Assembly: GCA_036404515.1 (NCBI GenBank)
Contig: DASWZK010000018.1
Location: forward strand, 289-64,288
Length of the DNA stretch: 64,000 nucleotides
From: Candidatus Limnocylindrales bacterium
Lineage (GTDB): Bacteria; Chloroflexota; Limnocylindria; Limnocylindrales; CSP1-4
Direction: 5' to 3'
Below the pieces are notes generated by a model. It did no database searches. It was given only the letters and a program-made list of their open reading frames with translations, and was not told the origin of the DNA. Shown in pieces: positions 36,055-49,896 of this stretch; positions within the stretch are counted from its first letter, which is position 1, and each line of letters opens with the position of its first letter. Position numbers and translations under genes: made by a program.

Positions 36055-37596
36055 TCAAATCGGGCTCGGTGACGGGCTGGCGGTTGGGACGTCGGTCGGG
36101 CTCGCGGAAGCGCCGGGACTCGCCGAGGCGCCAGCTTCGGGCGGGAAGCCCAGCGCCTGCAGGCCGGCGTCGAGGACCGGGTCGGTGCCGGCTCGGGCGT
36201 TGGCCGAGCTGACGGGTACGTCCGGCTGGAGTCCCTTGCCCTGGATCCAGACCTTGTCCGGGGTAAGCCAGCGGGCGACGGTGAGGTGGATGCCCCCGAA
36301 GTTGTTGGACAGCGGCAGCCACTCCTGGACGACGCCCTTGCCGTAGGTCTTGGCGCCGACGAGCTTGGCTCGACCCCGGGCCTGCAGCGCACCGGCAAGG
36401 ATCTCGGCCGCGGACGCGGTGTTCCCGTCGACGAGCACGACCAGGTGAATGGAGCTGTCGGTGGCTCGACCGCCGGCCGTGGCCGTCACCTCGGTCGTGT
36501 TGCCGCTGGCGTCCTGCTGGTAGGCAATCACGCCCGACGGGATGAACTCGCTGGCGATCTTGACTGCATCCGCCACGTAGCCTCCAGGGTTGCCGCGGAG
36601 GTCGAGGATCACGTTGCGCTGGCCGGCCGCCAGCGCAGCCTGGAGGGCCGTATCGAACTGCGAGCTGGCCGGCGGGTTGATGCCGCTGACCTGAATGTAG
36701 GCCACGGCGCCGTTGGCAAGCGTCTTCGCGTCGACCTCGGACTGGTTGTATATCTGGCGCACGATCGACTTTTGGATCGAAGTGGTGCCGCGGAGCAGGC
36801 CCAGCGTCACCGTCGTGTTCTGAGGTCCCTTGATCAATGCGGTGGCCTGGTCGATCGTCATACCGTCCAGCGACTTGCCCGCGACCGTGGCGATCACGTC
36901 CCCTGCCAGGATGCCGGCCGCCGCGGCCGGTGACCCGGGGATCGGTTGGACGACCGCCAGTTCGCAGCCGTTGCCGATCTTCGAGCAGTTGAGGCCCGAA
37001 TTGGGGTCGATCGGCTGGAGCTGGACCTGAACGCCGATTCCCTCGGCCTGGCCTCCGACGTTGAGCAGCGAGCTCGCGAAGTCGGACGGGCCCTGGTAGT
37101 AGGACCACGGGTCGTTGAGGCTTCCCATCATTCCCTTGATCGCAGCTTCGACCAGCTGGTCCTGGCTCGGCTTGGGGGAGCCCGCGAAGTCGTTCTGGAT
37201 CAGCGAGTACACGTCCCAGAACGGGGCGAATCGAGCCTCCTGATCGGCTGGCGTTCCGGGCGTGGTGGCGACGTGGGCCCCGAGCGAGTAACCGCCGATG
37301 AACAGGGCGCTGCCGGCAAGGGCGGCCACAAGGATCAGGGCGAAGCGGGAGGGTGCCACTTTTCGGCGGCCGCCCGAGCCCGTGGGTTCGTCCGGCCCGG
37401 CCTCTTCAATGCGCTCGTCGACTTCGGTGCCGTCAAGCGGCACCGAGGCCACAGCAGCGGTGGTCGCTTGCGGCGTGGCCGTCGATGCGTCCATCTTGTG
37501 ATTCGGGATGGTGTCGGTCGCCGGCTCCGAGACTTCGGGCTGGTCCGGGTCGTTGGGGGTTGGCATGGGGGGCATCGATGGAACCTCAGTCAGCAT
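36055..37596 (-). CDS. S41 family carboxyl-terminal processing protease with PDZ domain
   Basis: TM anchor, PDZ region (GIGVQV...V.PIPGSPAAAAGILAGDVI..V.G) and the S41 catalytic block (ILDLRGNPGGY......VVLVDGNTASAAEILAGALQ...RAKLVG.KTYGKG). Confidence 0.85.
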   Translation of the reverse strand: MLTEVPSMPPMPTPNDPDQPEVSEPATDTIPNHKMDASTATPQATTAAVASVPLDGTEVDERIEEAGPDEPTGSGGRRKVAPSRFALILVAALAGSALFIGGYSLGAHVATTPGTPADQEARFAPFWDVYSLIQNDFAGSPKPSQDQLVEAAIKGMMGSLNDPWSYYQGPSDFASSLLNVGGQAEGIGVQVQLQPIDPNSGLNCSKIGNGCELAVVQPIPGSPAAAAGILAGDVIATVAGKSLDGMTIDQATALIKGPQNTTVTLGLLRGTTSIQKSIVRQIYNQSEVDAKTLANGAVAYIQVSGINPPASSQFDTALQAALAAGQRNVILDLRGNPGGYVADAVKIASEFIPSGVIAYQQDASGNTTEVTATAGGRATDSSIHLVVLVDGNTASAAEILAGALQARGRAKLVGAKTYGKGVVQEWLPLSNNFGGIHLTVARWLTPDKVWIQGKGLQPDVPVSSANARAGTDPVLDAGLQALGFPPEAGASASPGASASPTDVPTASPSPSPI

Positions 37597-37618
37597 GAGA
37601 CGCGGATCGGTCTGGCGA

Positions 37619-38500
37619 TCAGCGGATGAGATAGCTCCGAACGGACAGGTACGAGCCGAGGACGCCGATGCCGACCCCGGTTCCCAGGACGATCAGAGCG
37701 ATGTTCCGTCCGACAGTCGCGCTGGCTTCTACAGGCAGAACCGTGAAGTAGTCGGCCAGGAAGCTCGTGATCGGGCCCTGGCTCACCAGCAGCAGACCGA
37801 TCGTGACGGCCGCCCCCAGCAGACCGACCAACGCCCCTTCGAAGATGAAGGGCCAGCGGATGAAGGCATCCGAGGCTCCGACGAGGCGCATTATCTCGAT
37901 CTCGTCCGCACGCGAGACAACGGCCAGCCGGATCGTGTTGATGATGATGAACAGGACGATCAACCCGACGACGACGAGAATCGCCGCCCCGCCCGCTCGA
38001 AGGATGCCGATGACCGTGACCATCTGGTCGACCGTCTGCTTGATGTTCAGGACCCGGTCGACCGGAGACTGGTTATTGAGGAATGTCGCGACGTCAAGGT
38101 AGTCGTTGGGGTCGCGCAGGTTGATCTGCAGCGAGGCGGGCAACGGGTTCGTCGGCAGGGAGTTGATCACGTCGGCCTCGTCGGGGTGCCGGGCGAGGAA
38201 GTCGTTGTAGGCCTGGTCCTTCGAGACAAAGCTGACCTGGGTAACCTGCGGCATCGCCTTGAGAGAGGTCTCGAGTCTTGAGACGTCCTGAGCAGTAGCC
38301 GAATCCTTGAGATAGGCCACGACCTGGACTTCCTGCTGGACGTAGTTGAGAGTGGCATCCAGGCCGGTCAGGAGGATAATCAGGCCGGAAAGCAGGACCA
38401 GCATCAGGACCATCGTGGCCGTTGCGGCCAGGCTCATGAAGCCGTTGCGCCAGAAACTCTGCCACGCGCGCCGGAGGCTGAAGGCGACGAAGGCGATCAT
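37619..38500 (-). CDS. ftsX: cell division ABC transporter permease FtsX
   Basis: FtsX topology and motifs (F.LRRAWQSFWRNG.MSLA, periplasmic loop, C-terminal EIEIMRLVGASD.FIR.PF). The start directly abuts the ftsE stop. Confidence 0.88.
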   Translation of the reverse strand: MIAFVAFSLRRAWQSFWRNGFMSLAATATMVLMLVLLSGLIILLTGLDATLNYVQQEVQVVAYLKDSATAQDVSRLETSLKAMPQVTQVSFVSKDQAYNDFLARHPDEADVINSLPTNPLPASLQINLRDPNDYLDVATFLNNQSPVDRVLNIKQTVDQMVTVIGILRAGGAAILVVVGLIVLFIIINTIRLAVVSRADEIEIMRLVGASDAFIRWPFIFEGALVGLLGAAVTIGLLLVSQGPITSFLADYFTVLPVEASATVGRNIALIVLGTGVGIGVLGSYLSVRSYLIR

Positions 38501-39283
38501 TCAGTCCTCGCGGTGATAGGCGGCGCCGACTTCGTCGCGCACGACACGGCCGTTCTCCAGGGCCACAACCCGTTTGCGCACAGCCGTCACCACCTCGGCG
38601 TTGTGGGTCGCCATCAGGACCGTAACGCCCAGCTCGTTGATCCGGAGCAGGAGTTGAATGATCTCCCAGCTGATGAGCGGGTCGAGGTTTCCGGTGGGCT
38701 CGTCGGCGATGAACAAGCGTGGGTTGTGGACGAGGGCCCGGGCGATGGCGGTCCGCTGCTGCTCGCCGCCGGAGAGTTGGGCGGGCAGCTGGTCGGCCTG
38801 GCCGGTCAGGCCCACTACCTGCAGAACACGGTCGACGGCCGGATCAATCTCGCGGCGCCGGGCGCCCGTGACCTCCAGGGCGAAGCCCACGTTGCCGCGG
38901 ACCGTCTTCTGGGGCAGGAGCTTGAAGTCCTGGAAGACGACGCCGATCTTGCGGCGCATCTTGGGCACCTCTCGGCGCTTGAGCCGGCCCAGGTCGCGGC
39001 CGTCCAGCAGGACGACGCCCTTTGTGGGCAGCTCGTCGCGGATGAGGAGCTTGATGACGGTTGACTTGCCTGCGCCCGAGGGGCCGACGAGGAAGACGAA
39101 GTCGCCCTCCGGGATTGTGAGGTCGACGCCACGGAGTGCGACGCGGCCGTTTGGGTAGGACTTTGTGACACCCTGCATGGCCAGCACGACTCTGGCGGGG
39201 ACGGAATCAGGCGGCCGCGGGCCGGTCGGGCCGGGTTCGCCGATCGGACTCGATGGGGATCCGGAAGATGCCGCGCTCACCAT
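38501..39283 (-). CDS. ftsE: cell division ATP-binding protein FtsE
   Basis: Walker [10 protein letters not shown], signature LSGGEQQR, Walker [12 protein letters not shown] and an FtsE-like N-terminus V.K.YPNG..AL. ATG 39178 (MQGVTKSY) is an alternative start. Confidence 0.92.
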   Translation of the reverse strand: MVSAASSGSPSSPIGEPGPTGPRPPDSVPARVVLAMQGVTKSYPNGRVALRGVDLTIPEGDFVFLVGPSGAGKSTVIKLLIRDELPTKGVVLLDGRDLGRLKRREVPKMRRKIGVVFQDFKLLPQKTVRGNVGFALEVTGARRREIDPAVDRVLQVVGLTGQADQLPAQLSGGEQQRTAIARALVHNPRLFIADEPTGNLDPLISWEIIQLLLRINELGVTVLMATHNAEVVTAVRKRVVALENGRVVRDEVGAAYHRED

Positions 39284-39330
39284 GGCACGAGGCTAGCACC
39301 GATCCCTTCCTCTGGCTGGTCCGCCCGCCT

Positions 39331-40335
39331 TCACAAGAGCGCCAGGCTGGCGGGCACGTAGCGGTCGAACTGGGCGAACGGTCGGGTCCAGCACAGCAGG
39401 GCCGGGAACCCTTCTATGCGTAAGCCGGCCCGCAGAAGCGCGACCACGGCCCGATCGTTGGCCCCCGGAACCCACGCGGACGTCGCCCCCCGCGGCCTGA
39501 TGACGGTCATGAGATGGCCAAGCACAGGGGCCGTGAGGGTCTCGTCGAGGAGGGCCACCGGGCCGAAACGTCCGACTTCGGAGCTGTAGCCGTAGCCAAC
39601 TGCCTCGCCGTCGTCCGACCGATAGACGAAGCCCGTGCGGCCGGTCGCCCGCAGGTGCGAATGGTCGGCCGCGTGGGCGTAGCCGAGGACGGCCCGATCG
39701 ATCGACTCGATGGCGGCCGAAGCATCGGTCTTCCCGAAGGCCTCGGCGTGGATGCCGGCGGGAAGTCGCGACAGGGCCGATGGATTCGGTGTGCCCACGA
39801 GGTTGAAGACCGGCAACCGCGGCACGATCCCGAAACGCGCATACAGGCCGTTGGAAACTGGTTGGGCCGAGTCTGTGCACAACGCCAGGATCCCGGGGCG
39901 GCGGTCGGCGGCTTCCGTGGAGTCGGTGGCGAAGCCGCTGGTTTGCGCGTGCTCGCCGAGCGGGTCGCGTACCGACCCCATCGAGAGCGACGGCAGAATC
40001 TGCGTGAGGAGGGCACGACCGATACCGTGGCGCTGCTCGCCGGGCAGAACGTACAGCTGCGAGAGGAACCAGACGTGCTCACGCTGGGCCGCGATGCCGA
40101 AGCCGACGACCCGCTCGCGGCCACGTCCGCTCTCGGACTCTGCCGGGCGCACTGCCACCATGAACCGCTCTGCATCGGTGGCTCTGAGGTGCTCAAGCAG
40201 GAGCATGAGGGGGTCCAGGTAGGGCGGCGGCAACGGCTTATTGAGACGGGCCATGTATTCGTCGACGGCGGAGTACCAGACAAGGGCGCAGTCGGCGAGC
40301 TCGGTGGCCAGAGGCGGCCGGTATGTGAGGGCCAC
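39331..40335 (-). CDS. GNAT family N-acetyltransferase (two-lobed, Eis-like architecture possible)
   Basis: GNAT motif A region LSQLYVLPGEQRHGIGRALL. A second acyl-CoA N-acyltransferase-like half contains YARFGIVP. Start trimmed to GTG 40335, one nt after the prfB stop. Confidence 0.6.
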   Translation of the reverse strand: MALTYRPPLATELADCALVWYSAVDEYMARLNKPLPPPYLDPLMLLLEHLRATDAERFMVAVRPAESESGRGRERVVGFGIAAQREHVWFLSQLYVLPGEQRHGIGRALLTQILPSLSMGSVRDPLGEHAQTSGFATDSTEAADRRPGILALCTDSAQPVSNGLYARFGIVPRLPVFNLVGTPNPSALSRLPAGIHAEAFGKTDASAAIESIDRAVLGYAHAADHSHLRATGRTGFVYRSDDGEAVGYGYSSEVGRFGPVALLDETLTAPVLGHLMTVIRPRGATSAWVPGANDRAVVALLRAGLRIEGFPALLCWTRPFAQFDRYVPASLALL

Positions 40336-40336
40336 G

Positions 40337-41468
40337 CTATCCGGCCGCCGGCCGGGGCTCGGTCGCGCCGACGGCCGTGCCCGTCGCCTCGCGCTCCAGC
40401 TCGGCCTGCATGAACACATCGAGATCGCCGTCCAGGACCGCCGACGTGTTTCCGGTCTCCACGTTCGTGCGATGGTCTTTGACCATCTGGTAGGGATGCA
40501 GAACGTAGCTCCGGATCTGGTTGCCCCAACCCGCTTCCACGTGCTCGCCGCGCAGCTTGCGGAGCTCCGCCTCGTGCTCCTCCACCGCCCGCTGCAGCAG
40601 CCGCGCCTGGAGGATCTTGGAGGCCGTGTCCTTGTTCTGGGTCTGAGATCGCTCGTTCTGGCTCTGCGCCACTATCCCTGTGGGCAGGTGGGTCAGGCGG
40701 ACGGCCGAGTCGGTCTTGTTCACGTGCTGGCCGCCGGCGCCGGTGGACCGGTACGTGTCGATCCGGATCTCGTCCCAGTTCAGCTCGACCTCGACGTCGC
40801 TCTCCACCTCGGGCAGGACTTCCACGAGTGCGAAGGTCGTATGGCGACGCTTCTGCGAGTCGAACGGGCTGATCCGAACGAGCCGGTGAACGCCCCGTTC
40901 GGCCTTCAGGTAGCCATAAGCGTAGCGACCGTCGATGGCGACGGTGACGCTCTTTAGACCCGTCTCCTCGCCCTCGGTCTGGTCGAGCACCTCGGTCGCG
41001 AAGCGGTGGCGCTCGGCCCAACGCAGGTACATCCGCAGCAGTATCTCGGCCCAATCCGTGGCCTCCGTACCGCCGGCCCCGGCACTGATCGTCAGGAGGG
41101 CGTTGCGCTGGTCGTATTCGCCGCCGAAGAGCAGCTCCCGCCGCGCGGTGCCGTACTCGCGTTCGAGCTCGGCGGCCTCGTTCGCGACCTCCACGAGAAG
41201 ACTCTGGTCATCCTCATCCTGGGCGAGCTGGAGCAGCTCCAGGGTCGAGTCGGCGCGGGATTCGATGTTGCGCCACAAAGCCAGCTCTTCGCGCAGGACC
41301 TCGGCTTCGCGAAGAACCCTCTTGGCCGCGCGCTGGTCGTCCCAGAAGTCGGGTTCACCGACGCGTGCGTCCAGATCGGCTAGACGAGTTTCTTTCGCGT
41401 CGAGGTCAAAGACGCCCCGAGGTCGCCTGGATCCGCAGGACCAGGTCGCGGATCTCTGCCGGCTCCAC
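40337..41468 (-). CDS. prfB: peptide chain release factor 2 with programmed +1 frameshift
   Basis: Frame 0 is GTG 41468 ... TCG GGG CGT CTT TGA C (stop at 41408-41406). This is the classical CUU UGA C shift site with an upstream G-rich SD-like element. The +1 frame from GAC (41407) continues DLDAKETRLADLDARVGEPDFWDD... into the 313-aa ORF, which carries SPF and GGQ (GAGGQHVNKTDSAVR). Coordinates: join(41468..41409,41407..40337). Confidence 0.93.
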
Positions 41469-41692
41469 TAGGAGCGGCCTCGCGCGTCCTGGAGAAGGAT
41501 CGGTCGGAGCTCGATCAAACGCAGCGCGCTCTTGCTCCGGGCGACGACGGGGTTCACGCAGGGGCAGTAAGTATTGTGGGTACAGGCCCCGCAGTTGCCA
41601 TCGCAGTCGAGGGCAGCCGCATAACTACAGTTCCGGCAATCACGCTCACACGCTATGAGATCGATGAATGCCGCTTCCTCTGCCTGCTTCAC
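41468..41692 (-). CDS. small (74 aa) Cys-rich protein of unknown function, translationally coupled to prfB
   Basis: GTG 41692 is preceded by GAGGAG. The 8 Cys are arranged as two C-x3-C-x2-C units (CERDCRNC, CDGNCGAC) plus C-P-C. Third-position GC (counted by hand, about 73 percent) is gene-like. The TAG stop overlaps the prfB GTG start by 1 nt. Confidence 0.45.
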   Translation of the reverse strand: MKQAEEAAFIDLIACERDCRNCSYAAALDCDGNCGACTHNTYCPCVNPVVARSKSALRLIELRPILLQDARGRS

Positions 41693-41775
41693 TACTCTCC
41701 TCAGTGTGGCGGCAACCGGCCCCTCCGACGAGCCGCGGCTGGCTGACGGTCCAAGCCGCGACCGACTACGGGCGG

Positions 41776-41804
41776 AGTATACGGCTCCAATTCGGCATAG
41801 CCAA
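41776..41804 (-). promoter_or_regulatory. candidate sigma70-type promoter for the Cys-rich ORF and prfB unit
   Basis: On the minus strand: TTGGCT (41804-41799), a 17-nt spacer, then TATACT (41781-41776). This is about 80 nt upstream of GTG 41692. Confidence 0.4.
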
Positions 41805-41912
41805 GGGGTTAGTTGGCGTCGCTCCGGGTTAATCTCCACCTGAAGCGCCACTCGCCCGGCATTCCCGTTGCCCGCACGCCTTTGGGCGGAGCCCGGCGTT
41901 CTCGCGTCGCGG

Positions 41913-42689
41913 CTACGGGGTCGAAAGGCCAGGCGAGGCGGATGACGATGGGTTGGGGGCGCCGGGGCCGGTCGATCGGGTCGACTTCGCTGTCATCAGG
42001 GGCGAGTGCGCCGGCGACCCGGCGGGCGATGGCGAGGGTGAGGGGGGCGGCCCCCCGGCCGAGTCTGGGTCTTCGTTGACAAAGGCATAGAGCCCCAAGG
42101 CGCCCAGCTCGTGGACCATCGAGTTGAAGATGAGGTGCGGGTCGATATCGTCCGGGCTGGTCGCCGTCGGCGAGGCCCAGGCCTCGATGCCCAGGTCTTG
42201 CGCAAGCCGCAGGACACGGAGCATATGGCTTCGGTCCGAGACGAAGAGGGCCGTGTGCAGGCCGTGGGCGTAGAGAATGGCCCGGACGTGCTGGAGCGAC
42301 TCGAGGGTGTTGCTGCCCGTGTCTTCGGACAGGATCGCCGACGCGGGCACACCCCGGGCGATGGCGTAGCGGCGGCCAGTCTCGGCCTCGGTCGTCAGGT
42401 CGCCCGGGAGGTTGCCGCCGGTCGTGATCAGATAGGGCGCGTCGCCCTCCTTATAAAGCTCGATGGCGTGGTCGAGGCGGGCGGCGAGGGCCCCTGACGG
42501 ACGGCCGTTGTACTGGGCGGCGCCGAGCACGACGATAGCGTCGACGTGGCGCTGGTCGTCCTGCTGCCCTACCTGCCAGATTCGGAACGTGGTGTAGGCC
42601 GTGAGCGCACAAGCGCCCAGACCGAACGCGAACACCAGCAGAAGCAGGTCCCGAAGCCGCTCCCCCCTTGTGAGTCGGGGCGGCTTCAC
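41913..42689 (-). CDS. DUF218 (YdcF/ElyC/SanA-like) envelope protein
   Basis: N-terminal TM helix, then DAIVVLGAAQYNGRPSGALAARLDHAIELYKEG.APYLITTGG and FVSD..HMLR, the DUF218 signature. Pro/Ser-rich C-terminal tail. Confidence 0.75.
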   Translation of the reverse strand: MKPPRLTRGERLRDLLLLVFAFGLGACALTAYTTFRIWQVGQQDDQRHVDAIVVLGAAQYNGRPSGALAARLDHAIELYKEGDAPYLITTGGNLPGDLTTEAETGRRYAIARGVPASAILSEDTGSNTLESLQHVRAILYAHGLHTALFVSDRSHMLRVLRLAQDLGIEAWASPTATSPDDIDPHLIFNSMVHELGALGLYAFVNEDPDSAGGPPPSPSPSPAGSPAHSPLMTAKSTRSTGPGAPNPSSSASPGLSTP

Positions 42690-42807
42690 CGGCGAGAGCC
42701 TATTGCGGCTGCGAAGTTGGCCTCCGATGCGGAGCTATGCCGGGGCCGGCTGTAACTGTGTCGGGTGTTCAGCGTCCGGCGCCCTCGTCGCAAGCAGCCT
42801 CGCGCCG

Positions 42808-45747
<2,940 letters not shown>

Positions 45748-46255
45748 TCAGGCTCACGATCGTTGGCGGCCCGCGTCGCGGGCCATTGGCCAGGGCCTCG
45801 GCCGAGGCGGCGACGCCCCTCGGCGCCGGCCGATGCCAGCTCCCCGGTCGGGCCGAGGGCTGGGCCGAAAGTATAGGCCAGCGAGCGAGTACGGCTCGCA
45901 TCCCCCCCGGCTAGTGCCAGAAGTGCGATCCGTAGCCCAACAAAAGCAGGGCGAAGGTGAGGCCGGCGAGCACGACCCAGAAGACCACGGCTGCCGCAGT
46001 CGAGGTGGGGTTCATCTCCGAATTGCGCAATGGCGCGACTCGCCATCGAACAGACCGGAGACCGCCCCGCCAATCCTCGGCCCGGCTACGACCGGCCGGT
46101 GGCGTAGGAACCAGGCCGCCCCTCCCGTCGGGTCGATGCAGCTGAAGCGTCATAGAGGAAGATCTCCTTGCGCCATCCGAGCTGGTTGCCTGCCGTTCGG
46201 GTCAGCGCCCTTGATTCTCTGAAGCCTGGTCCTCTGCCGCCGCGGCGGCAGCGTT

Positions 46256-47341
46256 TCAACCGGCGACCGTCGGCCCGTCGGCGGAGCGGCCGTCGCCACT
46301 CGCGAAGGGTCGTCCGGTCCCAGCTTCGTGGTCCCACAGAAGCATCTCTTGTGTGAACTGAACCTCGCTGGTGAAGAGCGCTCCGACGGACTGGCCGCGA
46401 TGGATACGGACGATCGCTTCGGCGATGAGCGGGGCCAGCGAGACAACCTTGATCTTTCCACCGCGCTTCTCCGGCGGGATGGGGATCGAATCGGTGACGA
46501 CGACTTCGCAAAGGACGGACTCGGCGATGCGCTCTACTGCCGGTTCCGATAGGACAGCGTGAGTGGCGCAGGCGTACATCTCGGTGACGCCTTCGCGCTG
46601 CAGCGCGTCGACTATCTGGGTGAGGGTCCCGGCCGTGTCGATCTCGTCGTCGACGATGATCGCCCGCTTGCCGCGGACGTCGCCGATGACGTTGAGGACT
46701 TCCGCCCGGTCCTGGTTGCCGATGCGCCGCTTCTCGACGATTGCGAGGGGCGCATCCAGCAGCTCGGCGAAGGCTCGGGCACGTTTGGCGAAGCCCAGGT
46801 CGGTAACCACGACCAGGTTCTCGATCTGCTTCTGGCGGAAATGGCCGGACAGGAGATGGACGGCGGTCAGCTCGTCCACTGGGATGTTGAAGAAGCCCTG
46901 GATCTGGCCCTGGTGCAGGTCAACCGTGAGAATGCGGTTCGCCCCCGCGACGGTCATCATGTCGGCAATCAGTCGAGCAGTGATGGGGACGCGGGGCTGG
47001 TCCTTCTTGTCCGACCGGCCGTAGCCGTAGTATGGGACGACGGCGGTGATCCGGCCGGCGCTGGCACGCTTGAAAGCGTCGATCATGATCAGCAGCTCCA
47101 TGATCGACTTGTTGACCGGCCTGGAGGTCGGCTGAATGAGGAAGACGTCCTTCTCCCGGGCGTTGTCGACGATCCGAACGAAGATGTTCTCGTTCGCGAA
47201 CTCGAAGACCTCGGCTCGACCTAGATCGATCCCAAGATAGCGGCAGATGTTCCGCGCCAGCTCCGGGTTGGCGTTCCCGGTGTAGACGTCGTACTGGTCT
47301 GCCGTTGGCAAGGCTGTCTCCCGGGTTCGACTGTCGGTCAC
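46256..47341 (-). CDS. prs: ribose-phosphate pyrophosphokinase
   Basis: [34 protein letters not shown] and the PRPP loop [17 protein letters not shown] overlap with the gyrA stop. Confidence 0.93.
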   Translation of the reverse strand: MTDSRTRETALPTADQYDVYTGNANPELARNICRYLGIDLGRAEVFEFANENIFVRIVDNAREKDVFLIQPTSRPVNKSIMELLIMIDAFKRASAGRITAVVPYYGYGRSDKKDQPRVPITARLIADMMTVAGANRILTVDLHQGQIQGFFNIPVDELTAVHLLSGHFRQKQIENLVVVTDLGFAKRARAFAELLDAPLAIVEKRRIGNQDRAEVLNVIGDVRGKRAIIVDDEIDTAGTLTQIVDALQREGVTEMYACATHAVLSEPAVERIAESVLCEVVVTDSIPIPPEKRGGKIKVVSLAPLIAEAIVRIHRGQSVGALFTSEVQFTQEMLLWDHEAGTGRPFASGDGRSADGPTVAG

Positions 47342-49896
47342 TTTGGCTTCCCGTGTTCGGGCGCCGGCTTGGTGCCTCCGGGAGCATTGTCCGATATGCC
47401 ACCCCGTTGTGCCAGCCCCGCCCGGAATGCGGCGATGCCCACGACCTTATCCCCCGCGTTCAGACGCATGACGATTACGCCACGGGCACCGGATGAGTAG
47501 CGATTGATGGTGTTCGTCTCGGTCCGGACTACCTGGCCGCCGGCGCTGATGAGAAGCAGCTCCTCGTCGCCCTCTGTGACCTGCTGGACTGCGGCCACCT
47601 CGCCCGTCTTCTTGCCTTCCAACGAGATCAGCCGGACGCCCTGGCTGCCGCGGTGCATCGGCCGGAACTCCGTCAGCGGCACGCGCTTGCCGTAGCCGGT
47701 CTCGGTCAGGACCAGCATGTCGGCCGTCGGTTGGACGACGCTCATGCCAACGACATGATCCGTCGAGCTGGCCAGGCGGATGCCGATGACCCCGGCGGCG
47801 GGACGTCCCATCGGTCGAACCTCGCCCTCGGGGAAGCGGGCGATCTTACCCTGGGCCGTGGCAACGATCACGTCGTCCTTGCCGGTGGCCACGTCCACCC
47901 ATGCCAGCTCGTCGTCGGGGGCGATGGTGATGGCGATTATCCCGCTGCTTCGAACCTTCTCGAACTGCTCGAGCGGCGTCTTCTTGACCACACCGTTGCG
48001 GGTGGCCATGACCAGGAACTTGCCGGCGCTGAAGTCGGGCAGTGTGATCGTGGCCATGGGCACCTCGCCCGGCTCGACCTGGACGCCGGGCAGGTTGATG
48101 ATGGCGATTCCCTTGGCCTGGCGACTCGCGTCGACGATGGTGTGGACCTTGGCCGAGAAGACCCGGCCGCGGTTAGTGAAGAACAACGCCCAGTCGTGCG
48201 TGTTGGCGACGAGGAGGTGCTCCACGGCGTCCTCCTCGCGGGTCACGTGGCCGATGATCCCTTTTCCGCCACGGGCCTGGCGGCGGTAGGCAGCCACGGG
48301 CTGGCGCTTGATGTAGCCGCGCCGGCTGATGGTGACGACGACGTCTTCGTCGGCGATGAGGTCCTCGTCGGTCATCTCGCGGCTGGAGTCGTCGGCGATC
48401 CGGGTGCGGCGGGCGCCGGCGTACTTGGCCTTGAGGACGGTCAGCTCGTCCTTGATGACGGCGAGGATGCGCGACGGGTTCGCCAGAATGTCCTCCAGCT
48501 CGGCGATGAGCTGGATGACCTCGAGGTACTCGTCCTCGATCTTCTTGCGTTCGAGGGCCGCAAGGCGCGCAAGGCGCATGTCGAGGATGGCCTGGGCCTG
48601 GATCTCGGTCAGCCCGAAGCGGGACATGAGGTTGTTGCGGGCCTTCTCGACGTCGGCCGACTCGCGGATGGTCTTGATCACCTCGTCGAGGTTGTCGAGG
48701 GCGATCTTGAGGCCTTCCAGGATATGAGCCCGGGCCCGAGCCTTCTCCAGGTCGAATTCGGTGCGGCGGCGAACGACCTCGCGCCGATGGTCGATGTAGT
48801 GCTGCAGCACGGCCTTGAGGGGCAACGTCTGGGGCTGACCGTCGACCAGGGCGAGCATGTTGAGGTTGAACGCGATCTGCATGGCCGTGTGCTTGAACAG
48901 GTTGTTGAGAACGCGATGCGGATCGGCGTCGCGCTTTATCTCAACGTAGATGCGCATGCCGTCCCGGTCGGATTCGTCGCGCAGGTCTGCGATGCCATCG
49001 ATCTTCTTGGCTCCGACCAGCTCGGCCATCTTCTCGAGCAGGGCTGCTTTGTTCACCATGTAAGGCAGCTCGGTCACGATGATGGCCATTCGGCCGTTCC
49101 GGGTTTCCTCGAAGGCGACCTGGGCCCGAACCACAACTCGACCCCGGCCGTGGGCGTACATCTCGCGGATCGCGTCGACGGTCTCGCTCTCGCCGGTGAT
49201 GGGGTTGCGGCGCGTTTCGTAGCGGAACATCGTGCCGCCGGTCGGGAAGTCGGGGCCGGCGATGTACTTGCACAGGTCGTCCGAGGTCAGTTCCGGGTCG
49301 TCGATCAGGGCTCGGGCGGCGTCGCAAACTTCGCCCAGATGGTGCGGCGGGATGTTTGTCGCCATTCCGACGGCGATGCCGGACGAGCCGTTGACGAGCA
49401 GATTCGGCAGCCTCGATGGGAGGACCTGTGGCTCCTTCTGTGTCCCGTCGTAGTTGTCGATGAAGTCGACAGTGTTACGGTCGATGTCGGCCAGCATCTC
49501 GGCAGCGATGCCCGTCAGGCGAGCCTCGGTGTAGCGCATAGCCGCGGCGCTGTCGCCGTCGATCGAGCCGAAGTTGCCCTGGCCGTCGACGAGCGGGTAG
49601 CGCATCGAGAAGTCCTGGGCGAGTCGGACGAGGGCGTCGTAGAGGGCCGCGTCGCCGTGCGGGTGGTACTTGCCCATGACCTCGCCGACGATTGCCGCGC
49701 ACTTGCGATACGACGAGCTGGACGAGAGGCCCATCTCGCCCATCGTGAACAGGATGCGGCGGTGGACCGGCTTGAGGCCGTCGCGAACGTCGGGCAGCGC
49801 GCGCTGGACGATGACGCTCATCGCGTAGTCGAGGTAGCTGGTCCGCATCTCGTCCTCGACGCGGACGACTCGAACCTGGCCCAGATCGTCGGTCAT
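47338..49896 (-). CDS. gyrA: DNA gyrase subunit A
   Basis: [18 protein letters not shown] (active-site Tyr region), the QRDR-like [20 protein letters not shown] and C-terminal beta-pinwheel repeats. Confidence 0.97.
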   Translation of the reverse strand: MTDDLGQVRVVRVEDEMRTSYLDYAMSVIVQRALPDVRDGLKPVHRRILFTMGEMGLSSSSSYRKCAAIVGEVMGKYHPHGDAALYDALVRLAQDFSMRYPLVDGQGNFGSIDGDSAAAMRYTEARLTGIAAEMLADIDRNTVDFIDNYDGTQKEPQVLPSRLPNLLVNGSSGIAVGMATNIPPHHLGEVCDAARALIDDPELTSDDLCKYIAGPDFPTGGTMFRYETRRNPITGESETVDAIREMYAHGRGRVVVRAQVAFEETRNGRMAIIVTELPYMVNKAALLEKMAELVGAKKIDGIADLRDESDRDGMRIYVEIKRDADPHRVLNNLFKHTAMQIAFNLNMLALVDGQPQTLPLKAVLQHYIDHRREVVRRRTEFDLEKARARAHILEGLKIALDNLDEVIKTIRESADVEKARNNLMSRFGLTEIQAQAILDMRLARLAALERKKIEDEYLEVIQLIAELEDILANPSRILAVIKDELTVLKAKYAGARRTRIADDSSREMTDEDLIADEDVVVTISRRGYIKRQPVAAYRRQARGGKGIIGHVTREEDAVEHLLVANTHDWALFFTNRGRVFSAKVHTIVDASRQAKGIAIINLPGVQVEPGEVPMATITLPDFSAGKFLVMATRNGVVKKTPLEQFEKVRSSGIIAITIAPDDELAWVDVATGKDDVIVATAQGKIARFPEGEVRPMGRPAAGVIGIRLASSTDHVVGMSVVQPTADMLVLTETGYGKRVPLTEFRPMHRGSQGVRLISLEGKKTGEVAAVQQVTEGDEELLLISAGGQVVRTETNTINRYSSGARGVIVMRLNAGDKVVGIAAFRAGLAQRGGISDNAPGGTKPAPEHGKPK

